A stretch of DNA of 64,000 nt from a bacterium (GTDB taxonomy: Bacteria; Zhuqueibacterota; Zhuqueibacteria; Residuimicrobiales; Krinioviventaceae): positions 4,320,001-4,384,000 of the forward strand of contig OY843751.1 in NCBI GenBank assembly GCA_963693055.1. Reading direction: 5' to 3'. The translations under genes and the position numbers were made by a program. This document shows positions 10,079-18,877 of the stretch, in pieces. The notes below the pieces were generated by a model. It saw only the letters and a list, made by a program, of their open reading frames with translations, had not been told where the DNA came from and did not search any database. Within the stretch, counting starts at the first letter, position 1, and every line of letters starts with the position of its first letter.

Positions 10079-11893
10079 GTGTCAGGCAAAATTCCTGCGG
10101 ATAAAATTGAACAAGTAAGATTGGCTTCAGACATTGTTGAAGTGGTTTCCCGCTATTTAACATTAAAAAAAAGCGGCAAAAACTATTTTGGTATATGTCC
10201 ATTTCATAAAGAAAAAACACCCTCTTTTAGCGTAAACGTTGAAAAACAGATTTTTCACTGTTTTGGGTGTGGTGAAGGCGGCAATGTTTTCAATTTTGTT
10301 ATGCGAACAGAAAATATTACATTTCCCGAATCCATTCGTCTACTTGCCAAACAGGCAGGTATCGAAATTCCTGAAGATGAAGAAAATCTTGCAGATTATC
10401 GCCATAAAGAGGCATTATTTTACGCCAACAACCTGGCAAAATCCTTTTATCTACACAACCTGATTTCCGAAAAATCCGCCCAAAAAGCTCGTGATTACCT
10501 GGCAGATCGCGGAATAGGCCCAGACCTCTATGAAAAATATGGTATCGGTTACGCGCTAGACGGTTGGGACAATCTCATCAAACACGCAAAAGAAAAAACA
10601 GTCAAAACAGAAGTCCTGTTTCAGGCGGGTCTTGTTCTGCAAAATAAAGAAGGCGGATATTACGATCGTTTTCGCGGACGGGTAACGTTTGCTATCCACA
10701 ATACCAGCGGGCAGGTTGTAGGGTTTGGTGCCCGGCGTATTATAAACGACAACTCGCCCAAATATATAAACACACCCGAAACGGATGTTTACCAAAAACG
10801 TCAGGTACTTTACAATCTTCATAACGCGCGTGAAGCCATACGTGAAAATGACCATGTCATTATCGTTGAAGGCTATACCGATATTACCGGAATGGCAATG
10901 AAACAGTTTAACAACTGTGTAGCAACATCCGGTACGGCACTTACCGCTGACCATGCTGCATTGCTTCATCGCTATACCAAAAACGCGACCTTGTTATTCG
11001 ATGGTGATTCAGCCGGTGCTTCAGCTGCCGTGCGTGGTGCTGAAATTTTGATGGAAAACGGTATGGATATTAACATATGCCTGTTACCCGGTGGCCAGGA
11101 TCCGGACGAATATGCACGCAATAACGATCACCAAACCATAAAGACATTTCTTGCCAAAGCACAACCCTATGTTGACTTTAGACTGGATCAATTTAAAAAC
11201 GTTGACAAGGGCGAAAATGCCGCTCAAAAATCAGATCTTACCCGTGATCTTTTAATGACCTATGCTAAAGTGACTGATCCTATTAAACGCGCATATATGG
11301 TAAAAGAATTGTCTGAAAAACTGAAACTGGAAGAAAGTATTCTCTGGAACGAAATAAAAAAAATGCAGCGTCATGTTCCCAAACCTATTACTGAACAACA
11401 GGCAAAAGCAGCCCCGATAAAAGACCCCTCATTTTTTTCAAGCAAACGGGGAGCGGCAGAACTGGGTTTAATGACTTCGGTATTTTTATTTCCCGAACTC
11501 ATCCCGGACATTCTAAAAAATGCCAGTCTGGATCTGTTCAGCCATCCGGAAATACATGACTTTTTTCATCATCTTGAAACAGACAAGGTCGAATCCAATA
11601 ATTTTGATGGAACCCGTTACCTGTCATTCATCGAAGATCCATATATAGCCCGGAATCTTTCGCAGCTTTTAGCTACAGACAACCAATCAGACAATCAAAA
11701 ATCAGTTACCCAATACGCCAAAGATTGTATAATTACCATCCAATTGTCTATAGTAGATATTGAAATTCAAAACGCTCGCAAAGAATTGCAAAATGGTACG
11801 GCTGTAAATCCCAAAGAGGTATTGGAAAGGATCCAATTTCTGCTTCAAAAAAGAAAAGAAATAACAGTCGGTTCCTTTATTTCCTTTAACTAA
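10079..11893 (+). CDS. dnaG: DNA primase
   Basis: CPFH...CFGC zinc finger, DRFRGR, PKYINTPET, VEGYTD, FDGDSAG TOPRIM motifs. Confidence 0.97.
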   Translation: MSGKIPADKIEQVRLASDIVEVVSRYLTLKKSGKNYFGICPFHKEKTPSFSVNVEKQIFHCFGCGEGGNVFNFVMRTENITFPESIRLLAKQAGIEIPEDEENLADYRHKEALFYANNLAKSFYLHNLISEKSAQKARDYLADRGIGPDLYEKYGIGYALDGWDNLIKHAKEKTVKTEVLFQAGLVLQNKEGGYYDRFRGRVTFAIHNTSGQVVGFGARRIINDNSPKYINTPETDVYQKRQVLYNLHNAREAIRENDHVIIVEGYTDITGMAMKQFNNCVATSGTALTADHAALLHRYTKNATLLFDGDSAGASAAVRGAEILMENGMDINICLLPGGQDPDEYARNNDHQTIKTFLAKAQPYVDFRLDQFKNVDKGENAAQKSDLTRDLLMTYAKVTDPIKRAYMVKELSEKLKLEESILWNEIKKMQRHVPKPITEQQAKAAPIKDPSFFSSKRGAAELGLMTSVFLFPELIPDILKNASLDLFSHPEIHDFFHHLETDKVESNNFDGTRYLSFIEDPYIARNLSQLLATDNQSDNQKSVTQYAKDCIITIQLSIVDIEIQNARKELQNGTAVNPKEVLERIQFLLQKRKEITVGSFISFN

Positions 11894-11968
11894 CACATTA
11901 AGTGAATCCTTATTCACAACAGTCTTGAGCATATAGTCGTAAATTTTCTCGAAATTTTTGTTTTTTTG

Positions 11969-11997
11969 TTGACAATATATTAGTTTTTTAATATATT
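11969..11997 (+). promoter_or_regulatory. sigma70-type promoter for the 12159-14550 module
   Basis: TTGACA-17 nt-TATATT preceded by a T-rich tract. Confidence 0.6.
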
Positions 11998-12074
11998 CAT
12001 GTTGCGGTTATAGGTAATCACTAAAACAGGAGGGGTAAAAGAACCAAAATAGTTTAACATTATTGTATCTGCTA

Positions 12075-12098
12075 TACTGAATTAGTATTAAATCAGTA
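12075..12098. promoter_or_regulatory. imperfect palindrome, candidate operator
   Basis: TACTGAATTA-GTAT-TAAATCAGTA lies between the promoter and the first gene. Confidence 0.35.
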
Positions 12099-12158
12099 AA
12101 ATCTTCCCTACCGAGAACAAGAGTCATGTCAATCAAACCTTAAAAAAGGAGATTCGAC

Positions 12159-12458
12159 ATGAGAAAGAGTTTTATTTTTATTATGGTAGGGTTAGCATAC
12201 GTTGTAATAGCCATGGCTGCATCATGGGCAAACACGTCTAATGCTCTGGACAAAACGCTGGCAATCATTGGACTTTCACAAGAAGCAGAAACCAGCACTA
12301 TACAGCAGATATCCGATGAGTTGAAACCTATGTCCGACAACACTAAAGGAGAAAAAGAGCAGCAAAAGACAAATATCCTTAAAAATTCAAGCAACTTGTT
12401 AGCTTATTATGTTCCGGTACCGCCTCCGGGTAATCCAGGTACCGATCCCAAAGACTGA
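12159..12458 (+). CDS. small secreted protein with Pro-rich C-terminal tail (possible peptide precursor)
   Basis: RBS AAGGAG, Sec-type signal peptide, polar spacer, C-terminus LLA-YYVPVPPPGNPGTDPKD. Confidence 0.75.
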   Translation: MRKSFIFIMVGLAYVVIAMAASWANTSNALDKTLAIIGLSQEAETSTIQQISDELKPMSDNTKGEKEQQKTNILKNSSNLLAYYVPVPPPGNPGTDPKD

Positions 12459-12530
12459 TTTTAGAAAATTTGATAATACACTTTACGAGCAACTAATACA
12501 TATTGACATGATCTTTTGTTCGAGGTACCT

Positions 12531-13604
12531 ATGATTAAAGGCAGATATAATTTCACATTGATAACCAAAATACTAAACAGTTGGGTATTGTGTTTAGTAT
12601 TTTTGGTTATTATTTCATATTTGCCACATTGGCCAATGCCAATCTCCAGTTGGATCAATCTTGGGCTATACGCCTTGTCCTTTATTCTTACTTTTTCAAT
12701 ACTCATCAAAGATAAATACAGCTTTTTTACGTTTGTACCATTTTCATTATTTTTTCTGGGTTGCCTGTTACTGTTACCCGCAATGTTTATTGGCGATGAT
12801 TTGATATTCGGCAGCAACCTGGTATCCATCCTTTATTACAAATATATCTTTTTATTTTGTATTTTCATGTTTGCCTTTGCGGTATTGAATTATGCTTCGC
12901 AGGTTGCATTGACCCCAAAACGGCAATGGATCCTTTTCCTGGCATCATTCGCATTTACTATGGGAGTCTTTGTATTTCATTTTCACGATATCTTTTCTCC
13001 CGAAGTAACAAACATATTTAATAAAAAGTTTTTCCAGGGCTCGCTCACCTATCATCTGTTACCTGTAGTAGCATTGTTTTCATATGGCATTTTAAATCCC
13101 TATTTGAGACCCAGGTATGGTGAGTATTCTCACTCTATCATGACCGTTCTTGCATTACTAAGCATCCGTGAACTAGGAACTGCCATCTCTGAACTGAAAC
13201 ACGTTTTTCTTTTCGGAATTGACCAGATTTTCCTCACACTTGCTTTAATTTTGTTAAACTTTTTTCTTTTCAAGAAATACAACTTTTTATCTTCAACAAC
13301 CGGTGCAATTTATTCTCAAATTGTCAACAATGATCTGGATATTGGAAACATGCGGCTCGAAAGTCGGGACAGAAAAGGTTTTAAAATCTTTGCCGCTTTT
13401 GTATTTTATTTTTACCAGAGGAAAAACATCATTCTCCCCTTTCTCTTAATGCTGGTTGTTGGGTTTAAATATCTCAATCCACCGATAATAGTAAGTCTGA
13501 ATATACTTGCATTTGCTATTGTCACTTTTTTTGTCTTTTTCTACTTTATTGTTATATATAATAAAAAGAACAAGAATCAAGATTTTTACATTCAAAAGAT
13601 ATAA
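12531..13604 (+). CDS. polytopic membrane protein (~10 TM), unknown function
   Basis: ATG 12531 follows GAGG; about 10 hydrophobic segments; no recognisable enzymatic domain. Confidence 0.75.
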   Translation: MIKGRYNFTLITKILNSWVLCLVFLVIISYLPHWPMPISSWINLGLYALSFILTFSILIKDKYSFFTFVPFSLFFLGCLLLLPAMFIGDDLIFGSNLVSILYYKYIFLFCIFMFAFAVLNYASQVALTPKRQWILFLASFAFTMGVFVFHFHDIFSPEVTNIFNKKFFQGSLTYHLLPVVALFSYGILNPYLRPRYGEYSHSIMTVLALLSIRELGTAISELKHVFLFGIDQIFLTLALILLNFFLFKKYNFLSSTTGAIYSQIVNNDLDIGNMRLESRDRKGFKIFAAFVFYFYQRKNIILPFLLMLVVGFKYLNPPIIVSLNILAFAIVTFFVFFYFIVIYNKKNKNQDFYIQKI

Positions 13605-13641
13605 AGGAACTAATTCATGAACAACATAACTGGGAGTAACT

Positions 13642-14550
13642 ATGGGTAGGGGTAAAAACAAAATACTGGGCAAAAGTTCAGAGATCAGCCGGGTACGGCG
13701 ATCTGTGAAAGCAATGAATGACAAGAAGGAAAATGTCTTGTTGGTTGGCGAAGTTGGCAGCGGACGCGCGCTGATTGCGGCTCAACTCCATGAAACCGGC
13801 GACCGTAAAGACAAAAAAATGGTTACCGTACTATGCAGTGCCATTGATGACACAATAGAACCTGATACTATTTTTGGCAATTCCAAAGATCCGGCAGTAT
13901 ATAATGGTGAACTGGATGCGAAAGAAGGTACTATCTATTTTGACAGTGTCGATCAATTATCTGCAGAATTGCAAAACAGATTGTACAATTTCATTTCTAC
14001 TGTCAATCCAAAATCCTTGAATGCTCGTATTATTGCTTCAGCAGATCCATCGCTTGAAAACAAAATACGTGAAGGTGAGTTTAAACTTGAACTTTTTCAA
14101 AAACTGGACGAGTTTAGAATCAACATTCCTTCTATTCGGGAAAGAAAACAGGATATTCCATTTCTATTCAGCCACTTTTTAGATAATTTCTGTGCCGAAT
14201 ATGAAAAACCGCTTCCAACAGTACCTTTTGATATTTTTGAAGCAATTCTGGAATATGACTGGCCAGGTAATGTAAGTGAACTAAAGAACAGCGTTAGAAA
14301 CCTGGTTATCATGTCTCCTGTGGGAGAGTTGTCACCGGAATTTTTACCATTCCGCGTTCAACCCAATCCACTCGAAGTGCTGGCAAGCCGCGACCTTACC
14401 TCTGCTGTTTCCGAGGTAGAAAAATTCCTGATCCGCAAAGCGCTTGCCCGTTACGAAGGCAACCAGTCAAAAGCAGCACAGTTGTTACAGGTTTCGGAAG
14501 CCACATTGCGTTATAAAATGAAAAAATACGGCTTTCAAAACATTAAATAA
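13642..14550 (+). CDS. sigma54-activator-like (bEBP) regulator with degenerate AAA+ domain and Fis-type HTH
   Basis: ILGKS, VLLVGEVGSGR, YDWPGNVSEL and GNQSKAAQLLQVSEATLRYKM; no GAFTGA and no receiver domain. Confidence 0.85.
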   Translation: MGRGKNKILGKSSEISRVRRSVKAMNDKKENVLLVGEVGSGRALIAAQLHETGDRKDKKMVTVLCSAIDDTIEPDTIFGNSKDPAVYNGELDAKEGTIYFDSVDQLSAELQNRLYNFISTVNPKSLNARIIASADPSLENKIREGEFKLELFQKLDEFRINIPSIRERKQDIPFLFSHFLDNFCAEYEKPLPTVPFDIFEAILEYDWPGNVSELKNSVRNLVIMSPVGELSPEFLPFRVQPNPLEVLASRDLTSAVSEVEKFLIRKALARYEGNQSKAAQLLQVSEATLRYKMKKYGFQNIK

Positions 14551-14576
14551 ATACCGGGGATGGATTCTGTACGGAT

Positions 14577-15344
14577 TTAGGCAATATATCTAAATGTATT
14601 CCTGAATTCGTGCAAACCCATCAATTTTAATCCCGCATTTATTCCTTTATTTTGCTGTTCCTGATCATTATATCCCCATTCAGCCATAACGCATCGGATA
14701 TTTGTATCTTTAATTTTTAATAAAGTGTCAACCTGATCATCCACATACCAGATCTGATCTGCAGGTAATTGGTGTTTTTGCTGAATATCGAGTAATATTG
14801 ATCGCTTACTGCGCTGTTTGTCTGCGGTAAAAAGATTTTCTTGAACCAATGTAATATTTCGGTTTGCTAACAGCTTTATCACAAAGTCTATTTTCTTTGT
14901 GGTAATGATATACAGGTTTTCCTTCACAGGAAAATTTAACATGTAATCAGCCATTCCCTCATACATGGGATTCAATTCCAGCCACAAATCCAAATGGTTG
15001 CTCGAAATATCTTCTCTTACCCGGTAAAAAGAGTCGAAAAATCCCTGCCATCGCTCTTTGTGCTCATTGGCAAATCTGTCAAAGTCCTGTTGATTATTGA
15101 TCTCTACACCTTTTTCAATGGCTAACAGTATGAATAAAAAATCTGCGCCTGCACGGATATAATTCCGGATTCGTTTAAATGTATCTACCAAAGAATCATC
15201 CAACGCTTCAGGAGAGCTAATCCTATCATCTCCCTCCAGTCCATAATATGCATTATAAGCGACAATTAAACATTCATTTACACTATTGCCAATTACTCCA
15301 TCAAAATCCAGAGCAAGTATGTGTTCTTTAACATTGAATTCCAT
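14577..15344 (-). CDS. HAD-superfamily hydrolase
   Basis: Motif I LDFDGV, motif II ITTK, motif IV YVDD, WGYN. Confidence 0.85.
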   Translation of the reverse strand: MEFNVKEHILALDFDGVIGNSVNECLIVAYNAYYGLEGDDRISSPEALDDSLVDTFKRIRNYIRAGADFLFILLAIEKGVEINNQQDFDRFANEHKERWQGFFDSFYRVREDISSNHLDLWLELNPMYEGMADYMLNFPVKENLYIITTKKIDFVIKLLANRNITLVQENLFTADKQRSKRSILLDIQQKHQLPADQIWYVDDQVDTLLKIKDTNIRCVMAEWGYNDQEQQNKGINAGLKLMGLHEFRNTFRYIA

Positions 15345-15424
15345 TGTATCTCCTGACTTTTTTAAAGATAGTAAATTTTTCCATCAAAAAAAAATCCTTG
15401 TTCTCTAAATATCACAAATAAATC

Positions 15425-15453
15425 TTGACATCAAAAAAAAAAATCAATACATT
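15425..15453 (+). promoter_or_regulatory. sigma70-type promoter of the trp leader
   Basis: TTGACA-17 nt-TACATT. Confidence 0.6.
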
Positions 15454-15484
15454 CTTTTAATCATTATTGAGGATTTTTAACACT

Positions 15485-15556
15485 ATGACAAAACAAAACA
15501 ACAACTGGCAATTTACCTGGGCTTGGTGGTGGAATATGTTTTGTTATAGTGGGTAA
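15485..15556 (+). CDS. trpL: Trp-rich attenuator leader peptide MTKQNNNWQFTWAWWWNMFCYSG
   Basis: 23-codon ORF after GAGGA with five Trp codons, three of them tandem; directly upstream of a terminator and trpB2. Confidence 0.88.
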   Translation: MTKQNNNWQFTWAWWWNMFCYSG

Positions 15557-15590
15557 GAGCAGATAAACCTTAAAATTTTTTAATATACTC

Positions 15591-15623
15591 AAGCCCGCTT
15601 AAATTCAAGCGGGCTTTTTTTTT
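15591..15623 (+). terminator. attenuator terminator
   Basis: AAGCCCGCTT-aaattc-AAGCGGGCTT plus a T run. The 5' arm can alternatively pair with AGTGGGT at 15548-15554. Confidence 0.88.
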
Positions 15624-15666
15624 GTAATTAATTTTTTTTATTAGTCTTTTAATTGATGGAGGAAAC

Positions 15667-17043
15667 ATGAGCGCCACTAAAATTCTTCTCAGCGAACAAG
15701 ATATGCCAAGACAATGGTATAACCTTGCCGCAGATTTACCCAAACCACCATTACCACCATTGGGTCCTGATGGAAATCCCGTATCACCAGAAATGCTTGC
15801 ACCGGTTTTCCCAATGAACCTGATTGAACAAGAAGTAAGCACCCAACGTTGGATTGATATTCCAGAAAAAGTGCTTGAAATCTATAAAATGTGGCGTCCT
15901 TCACCCCTGTATCGCGCAAAACGTTTAGAAGCCCTGCTTGATACTCCGGCACGAATTTATTTCAAAAATGAAGGCGTTAGCCCTGCAGGTAGTCACAAAC
16001 CCAATACTGCCATTGCACAAGCATATTATAACAAAGAATTTGGTATTAAACGTCTGACTACAGAAACAGGCGCAGGACAATGGGGAAGTGCCCTCAGTTT
16101 TGCATGTGCTCTGATTGGTTTGGAATGTAAAGTATATATGGTACGCATCAGTTTTGATCAAAAACCCTTCCGCCGGTTAATGATGGAAACCTGGGGCGGC
16201 AAATGTATCCCCAGTCCCAGTACCGAAACCAATGCCGGTCGTCAAATTCTTGAAGAAAACCCGGACACTCCCGGAAGTCTCGGTATCGCCATCAGTGAAG
16301 CGGTAGAAGCTGCTGTTTCTGATCCTACCGGCGAAACCCGTTATTCATTGGGTAGTGTATTGAACCATGTTATGTTGCACCAGACCATTATTGGTCAGGA
16401 AACTAAAAAACAACTTGAAATTGCCGGTGAAAAACTGCCGGATGTTGTTATCGGCTGTGCTGGCGGTGGTAGTAACTTTGCCGGTCTTGCATTCCCCTTT
16501 GTATTAGATAAAGTAAACGGTGCGGAAATTGATATCATTCCGGTTGAACCTTCCTCTTGTCCTACCTTAACCAAAGCCCCATTCCATTATGATTTTGGTG
16601 ACAATGCGGAAATGACACCACTCATGGCTATGCACTCACTGGGACACAAGTTTGTACCACCCCCAATCCATGCAGGAGGATTGCGTTACCACGGTATGGC
16701 TCCATTGGTAAGCCATGCGGTTGAACTGGGTCTTATGAATCCATTGGCACTTGACCAGTTGGAATGCTACGAAGCAGCGATTACCTTTGCACGTACTGAA
16801 GGTTTTATTTCTGCTCCCGAAACGTCTCACGCTATTGCGGCTGCAATTCGTGAAGCGAAAAAAGCCAAAGAAGAAGGTAAAGAAAAAGTTATCGTTTTCA
16901 ACTGGAGTGGTCATGGATTGATGGATCTTACCGGTTACGATGCATACATGCGCGGAAAACTGATCAACTATCCATTACCGGAAGAAGATATTGCAAAATC
17001 TATATCTGTTTTGGAAAACCTGCCCAAAGCAGTAATCAAATAA
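15667..17043 (+). CDS. trpB2: tryptophan synthase beta chain, TrpB2 type
   Basis: AGSHKPN PLP lysine, [24 protein letters not shown]; 458 aa with TrpB2-type N-terminus (PRQWYNL). Confidence 0.95.
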   Translation: MSATKILLSEQDMPRQWYNLAADLPKPPLPPLGPDGNPVSPEMLAPVFPMNLIEQEVSTQRWIDIPEKVLEIYKMWRPSPLYRAKRLEALLDTPARIYFKNEGVSPAGSHKPNTAIAQAYYNKEFGIKRLTTETGAGQWGSALSFACALIGLECKVYMVRISFDQKPFRRLMMETWGGKCIPSPSTETNAGRQILEENPDTPGSLGIAISEAVEAAVSDPTGETRYSLGSVLNHVMLHQTIIGQETKKQLEIAGEKLPDVVIGCAGGGSNFAGLAFPFVLDKVNGAEIDIIPVEPSSCPTLTKAPFHYDFGDNAEMTPLMAMHSLGHKFVPPPIHAGGLRYHGMAPLVSHAVELGLMNPLALDQLECYEAAITFARTEGFISAPETSHAIAAAIREAKKAKEEGKEKVIVFNWSGHGLMDLTGYDAYMRGKLINYPLPEEDIAKSISVLENLPKAVIK

Positions 17044-17051
17044 TTCTATTT

Positions 17052-17087
17052 ACCGGAATTTGCCTTTTGGGCAGATTCCGGTTTTTT
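17052..17087 (+). terminator. intrinsic terminator after trpB2
   Basis: accggaatttgcc-loop-ggcagattccggt followed by a T run. Confidence 0.8.
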
Positions 17088-17105
17088 ATTTTTTAGGCAC
17101 ATATT

Positions 17106-17363
17106 ATGATTGATCAACACGATAAACTTGAAAAACGCTGTCCCATGCTGGGGCACCCTATCCATTTTCACTATTGCAGGACCACCACAAAAGATACGCC
17201 CTGCCGTAAAATCATGGACTGCTGGTTCGAACAAATCCCCATTCAGGAATTTGTAAAAGAACATTTTACTGAGGAAATGATAACTGCCATGGAACAGCCC
17301 CCCAAACCCAAAATGCTCAGCCTCATCGAACTCATCGAAAAAGCAAAAAAGTCTCAGGAATAG
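17106..17363 (+). CDS. small Cys-containing hypothetical protein
   Basis: Pattern RCPMLGH...YCR...PCRKIMDCW, possibly metal-binding. Confidence 0.7.
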   Translation: MIDQHDKLEKRCPMLGHPIHFHYCRTTTKDTPCRKIMDCWFEQIPIQEFVKEHFTEEMITAMEQPPKPKMLSLIELIEKAKKSQE

Positions 17364-17439
17364 ACGATAAATTACTCCAATTACCCCTGCGCCCTCCGCG
17401 TTAAAACAAACTTATCCTATAATTTTTGTGCCAAAATAT

Positions 17440-17880
17440 TTATTTCCCTGTCAAACCAAGATGCTTAAAATCATCCTTGGTTAATTTAGTTGACTCTACT
17501 ATTTCCCGATTTAATAAATCTTTACGAATTGCAACATAAAAATCACCTAAAGCTTGTTCACGCTCCTTATCTGAAAATTTATTATTGTTATGCACTGTTT
17601 CTAAAAATTCATAACCTTTTTTAATAACATCATCAGATGTATATAACCAGCATTTATTAAGTTCATCCAGGAATTTTAATTTCATTAATGAATCGCTAGA
17701 CGAATCATAGAATCCTCGAGAGCATTCAATTAATACAGAATAACTTTTTTCTTTACGAATATACTGTTCCCATTTTAACTTTTCCATTGAATCGCAATGC
17801 CATACAAATAATGTAATTAAAACTGGGATTAAAATCTTAATAGAATCAACGATTTGTAAATCTTTTTTATATCTTTTCAT
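17440..17880 (-). CDS. hypothetical protein with one N-terminal TM segment (AT-rich)
   Basis: 146-aa ORF with AGGA RBS and hydrophobic ILIPVLITLFVW. Confidence 0.6.
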   Translation of the reverse strand: MKRYKKDLQIVDSIKILIPVLITLFVWHCDSMEKLKWEQYIRKEKSYSVLIECSRGFYDSSSDSLMKLKFLDELNKCWLYTSDDVIKKGYEFLETVHNNNKFSDKEREQALGDFYVAIRKDLLNREIVESTKLTKDDFKHLGLTGK

Positions 17881-18025
17881 AAATCCTCTAATGTCATATA
17901 CCTTTTAACCATTAATCTTTGGTAGTATTCCGCACTAATTTAAAGAGCATTACATCTTTATCTATTGTTGATATAGTTGATCTCAATGTATCTGAAGCAA
18001 TGGATAAGAAACTTTTTCAATTTAA

Positions 18026-18766
18026 TCAAAAACTATGTTTAATGTGAACTTCCTTATCAATAGGAAACCATAATCGATTATTCCTAATTACTGAATTCAC
18101 ACTCAAGTAGTCAATTAAATTTGAAATAAAAAATGAAAAAGATAAATCCACAAGTTCATACAATCTATTATTAGGGGTTTCATTTATCCAATATTTATAA
18201 AAGAATTGTTCATTAAAGGCAATATGATTTAGACGAAACATATTTAAATTACTTTCATTCTCCATGCCAACAACCGAATTATTGATTGCTCTTTCAAAAT
18301 TTTCTCTAATTGGTCCATTTGAGTAACCTTCATAAGAAAAAATACCATTAAAAAATGGATAATTCACTTTATTATGGAACACAAATTTTCCATTTTCATT
18401 TGCTGTTTTAATTATACTCTCTAAATTGTTGTTTTCAAGATTAGTTTTTACTTCAATTATTGCATATACAGCATCTGGTGTGACAATAACAAAATCACCT
18501 TCTTTAAAAAGAACTGGATTTATTATATTATAAATTATCAAATCAATTTGCCTTGATACTTCATGTTCATCTAATTCTTCATTATATTTCACAACAAAAC
18601 CAGTTCCAATTTCGAATTGTGCCGGTAAAAATCGACGTATAATATTTTTCAGAACTGCTTCCTTATGACGGCCAACTTCAGGCCAATGGTTAATTAAATT
18701 TTTAACCCTATTTTTTACAGCTAATAATTCATAGCTCGTTGTTTTATGAAATTCTTCGATATCCAC
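18026..18766 (-). CDS. DUF6602-like putative PD-(D/E)xK nuclease
   Basis: HWPEVGRHKE, FLP, IGTGFV, SRQIDLIIY, IIEVKT. The start is probably GTG 18766 (AGGA RBS) rather than 18826. Confidence 0.7.
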   Translation of the reverse strand: MDIEEFHKTTSYELLAVKNRVKNLINHWPEVGRHKEAVLKNIIRRFLPAQFEIGTGFVVKYNEELDEHEVSRQIDLIIYNIINPVLFKEGDFVIVTPDAVYAIIEVKTNLENNNLESIIKTANENGKFVFHNKVNYPFFNGIFSYEGYSNGPIRENFERAINNSVVGMENESNLNMFRLNHIAFNEQFFYKYWINETPNNRLYELVDLSFSFFISNLIDYLSVNSVIRNNRLWFPIDKEVHIKHSF

Positions 18767-18824
18767 ATTTACATTCCTGTATATTGTTATTTGATGAATT
18801 TTATTAAGTTGTATTAAAAAATAC

Positions 18825-18867
18825 AAAAAAATTATTGCCCGGCACCTATCTGATGCCAGGCAAATAA
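18825..18867 (-). terminator. intrinsic terminator after the TIGR03545 gene
   Basis: tgcccggca...tgccaggca stem, with an A run on the + strand. Confidence 0.6.
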
Positions 18868-18877
18868 CTTCTAAACC

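Noticed and set aside
17385-17404. Short ccctgcgccctccgcgttaaa motif at the islet edge
   Set aside because: A single short copy resembling dispersed intergenic repeats; cannot be supported from this window.
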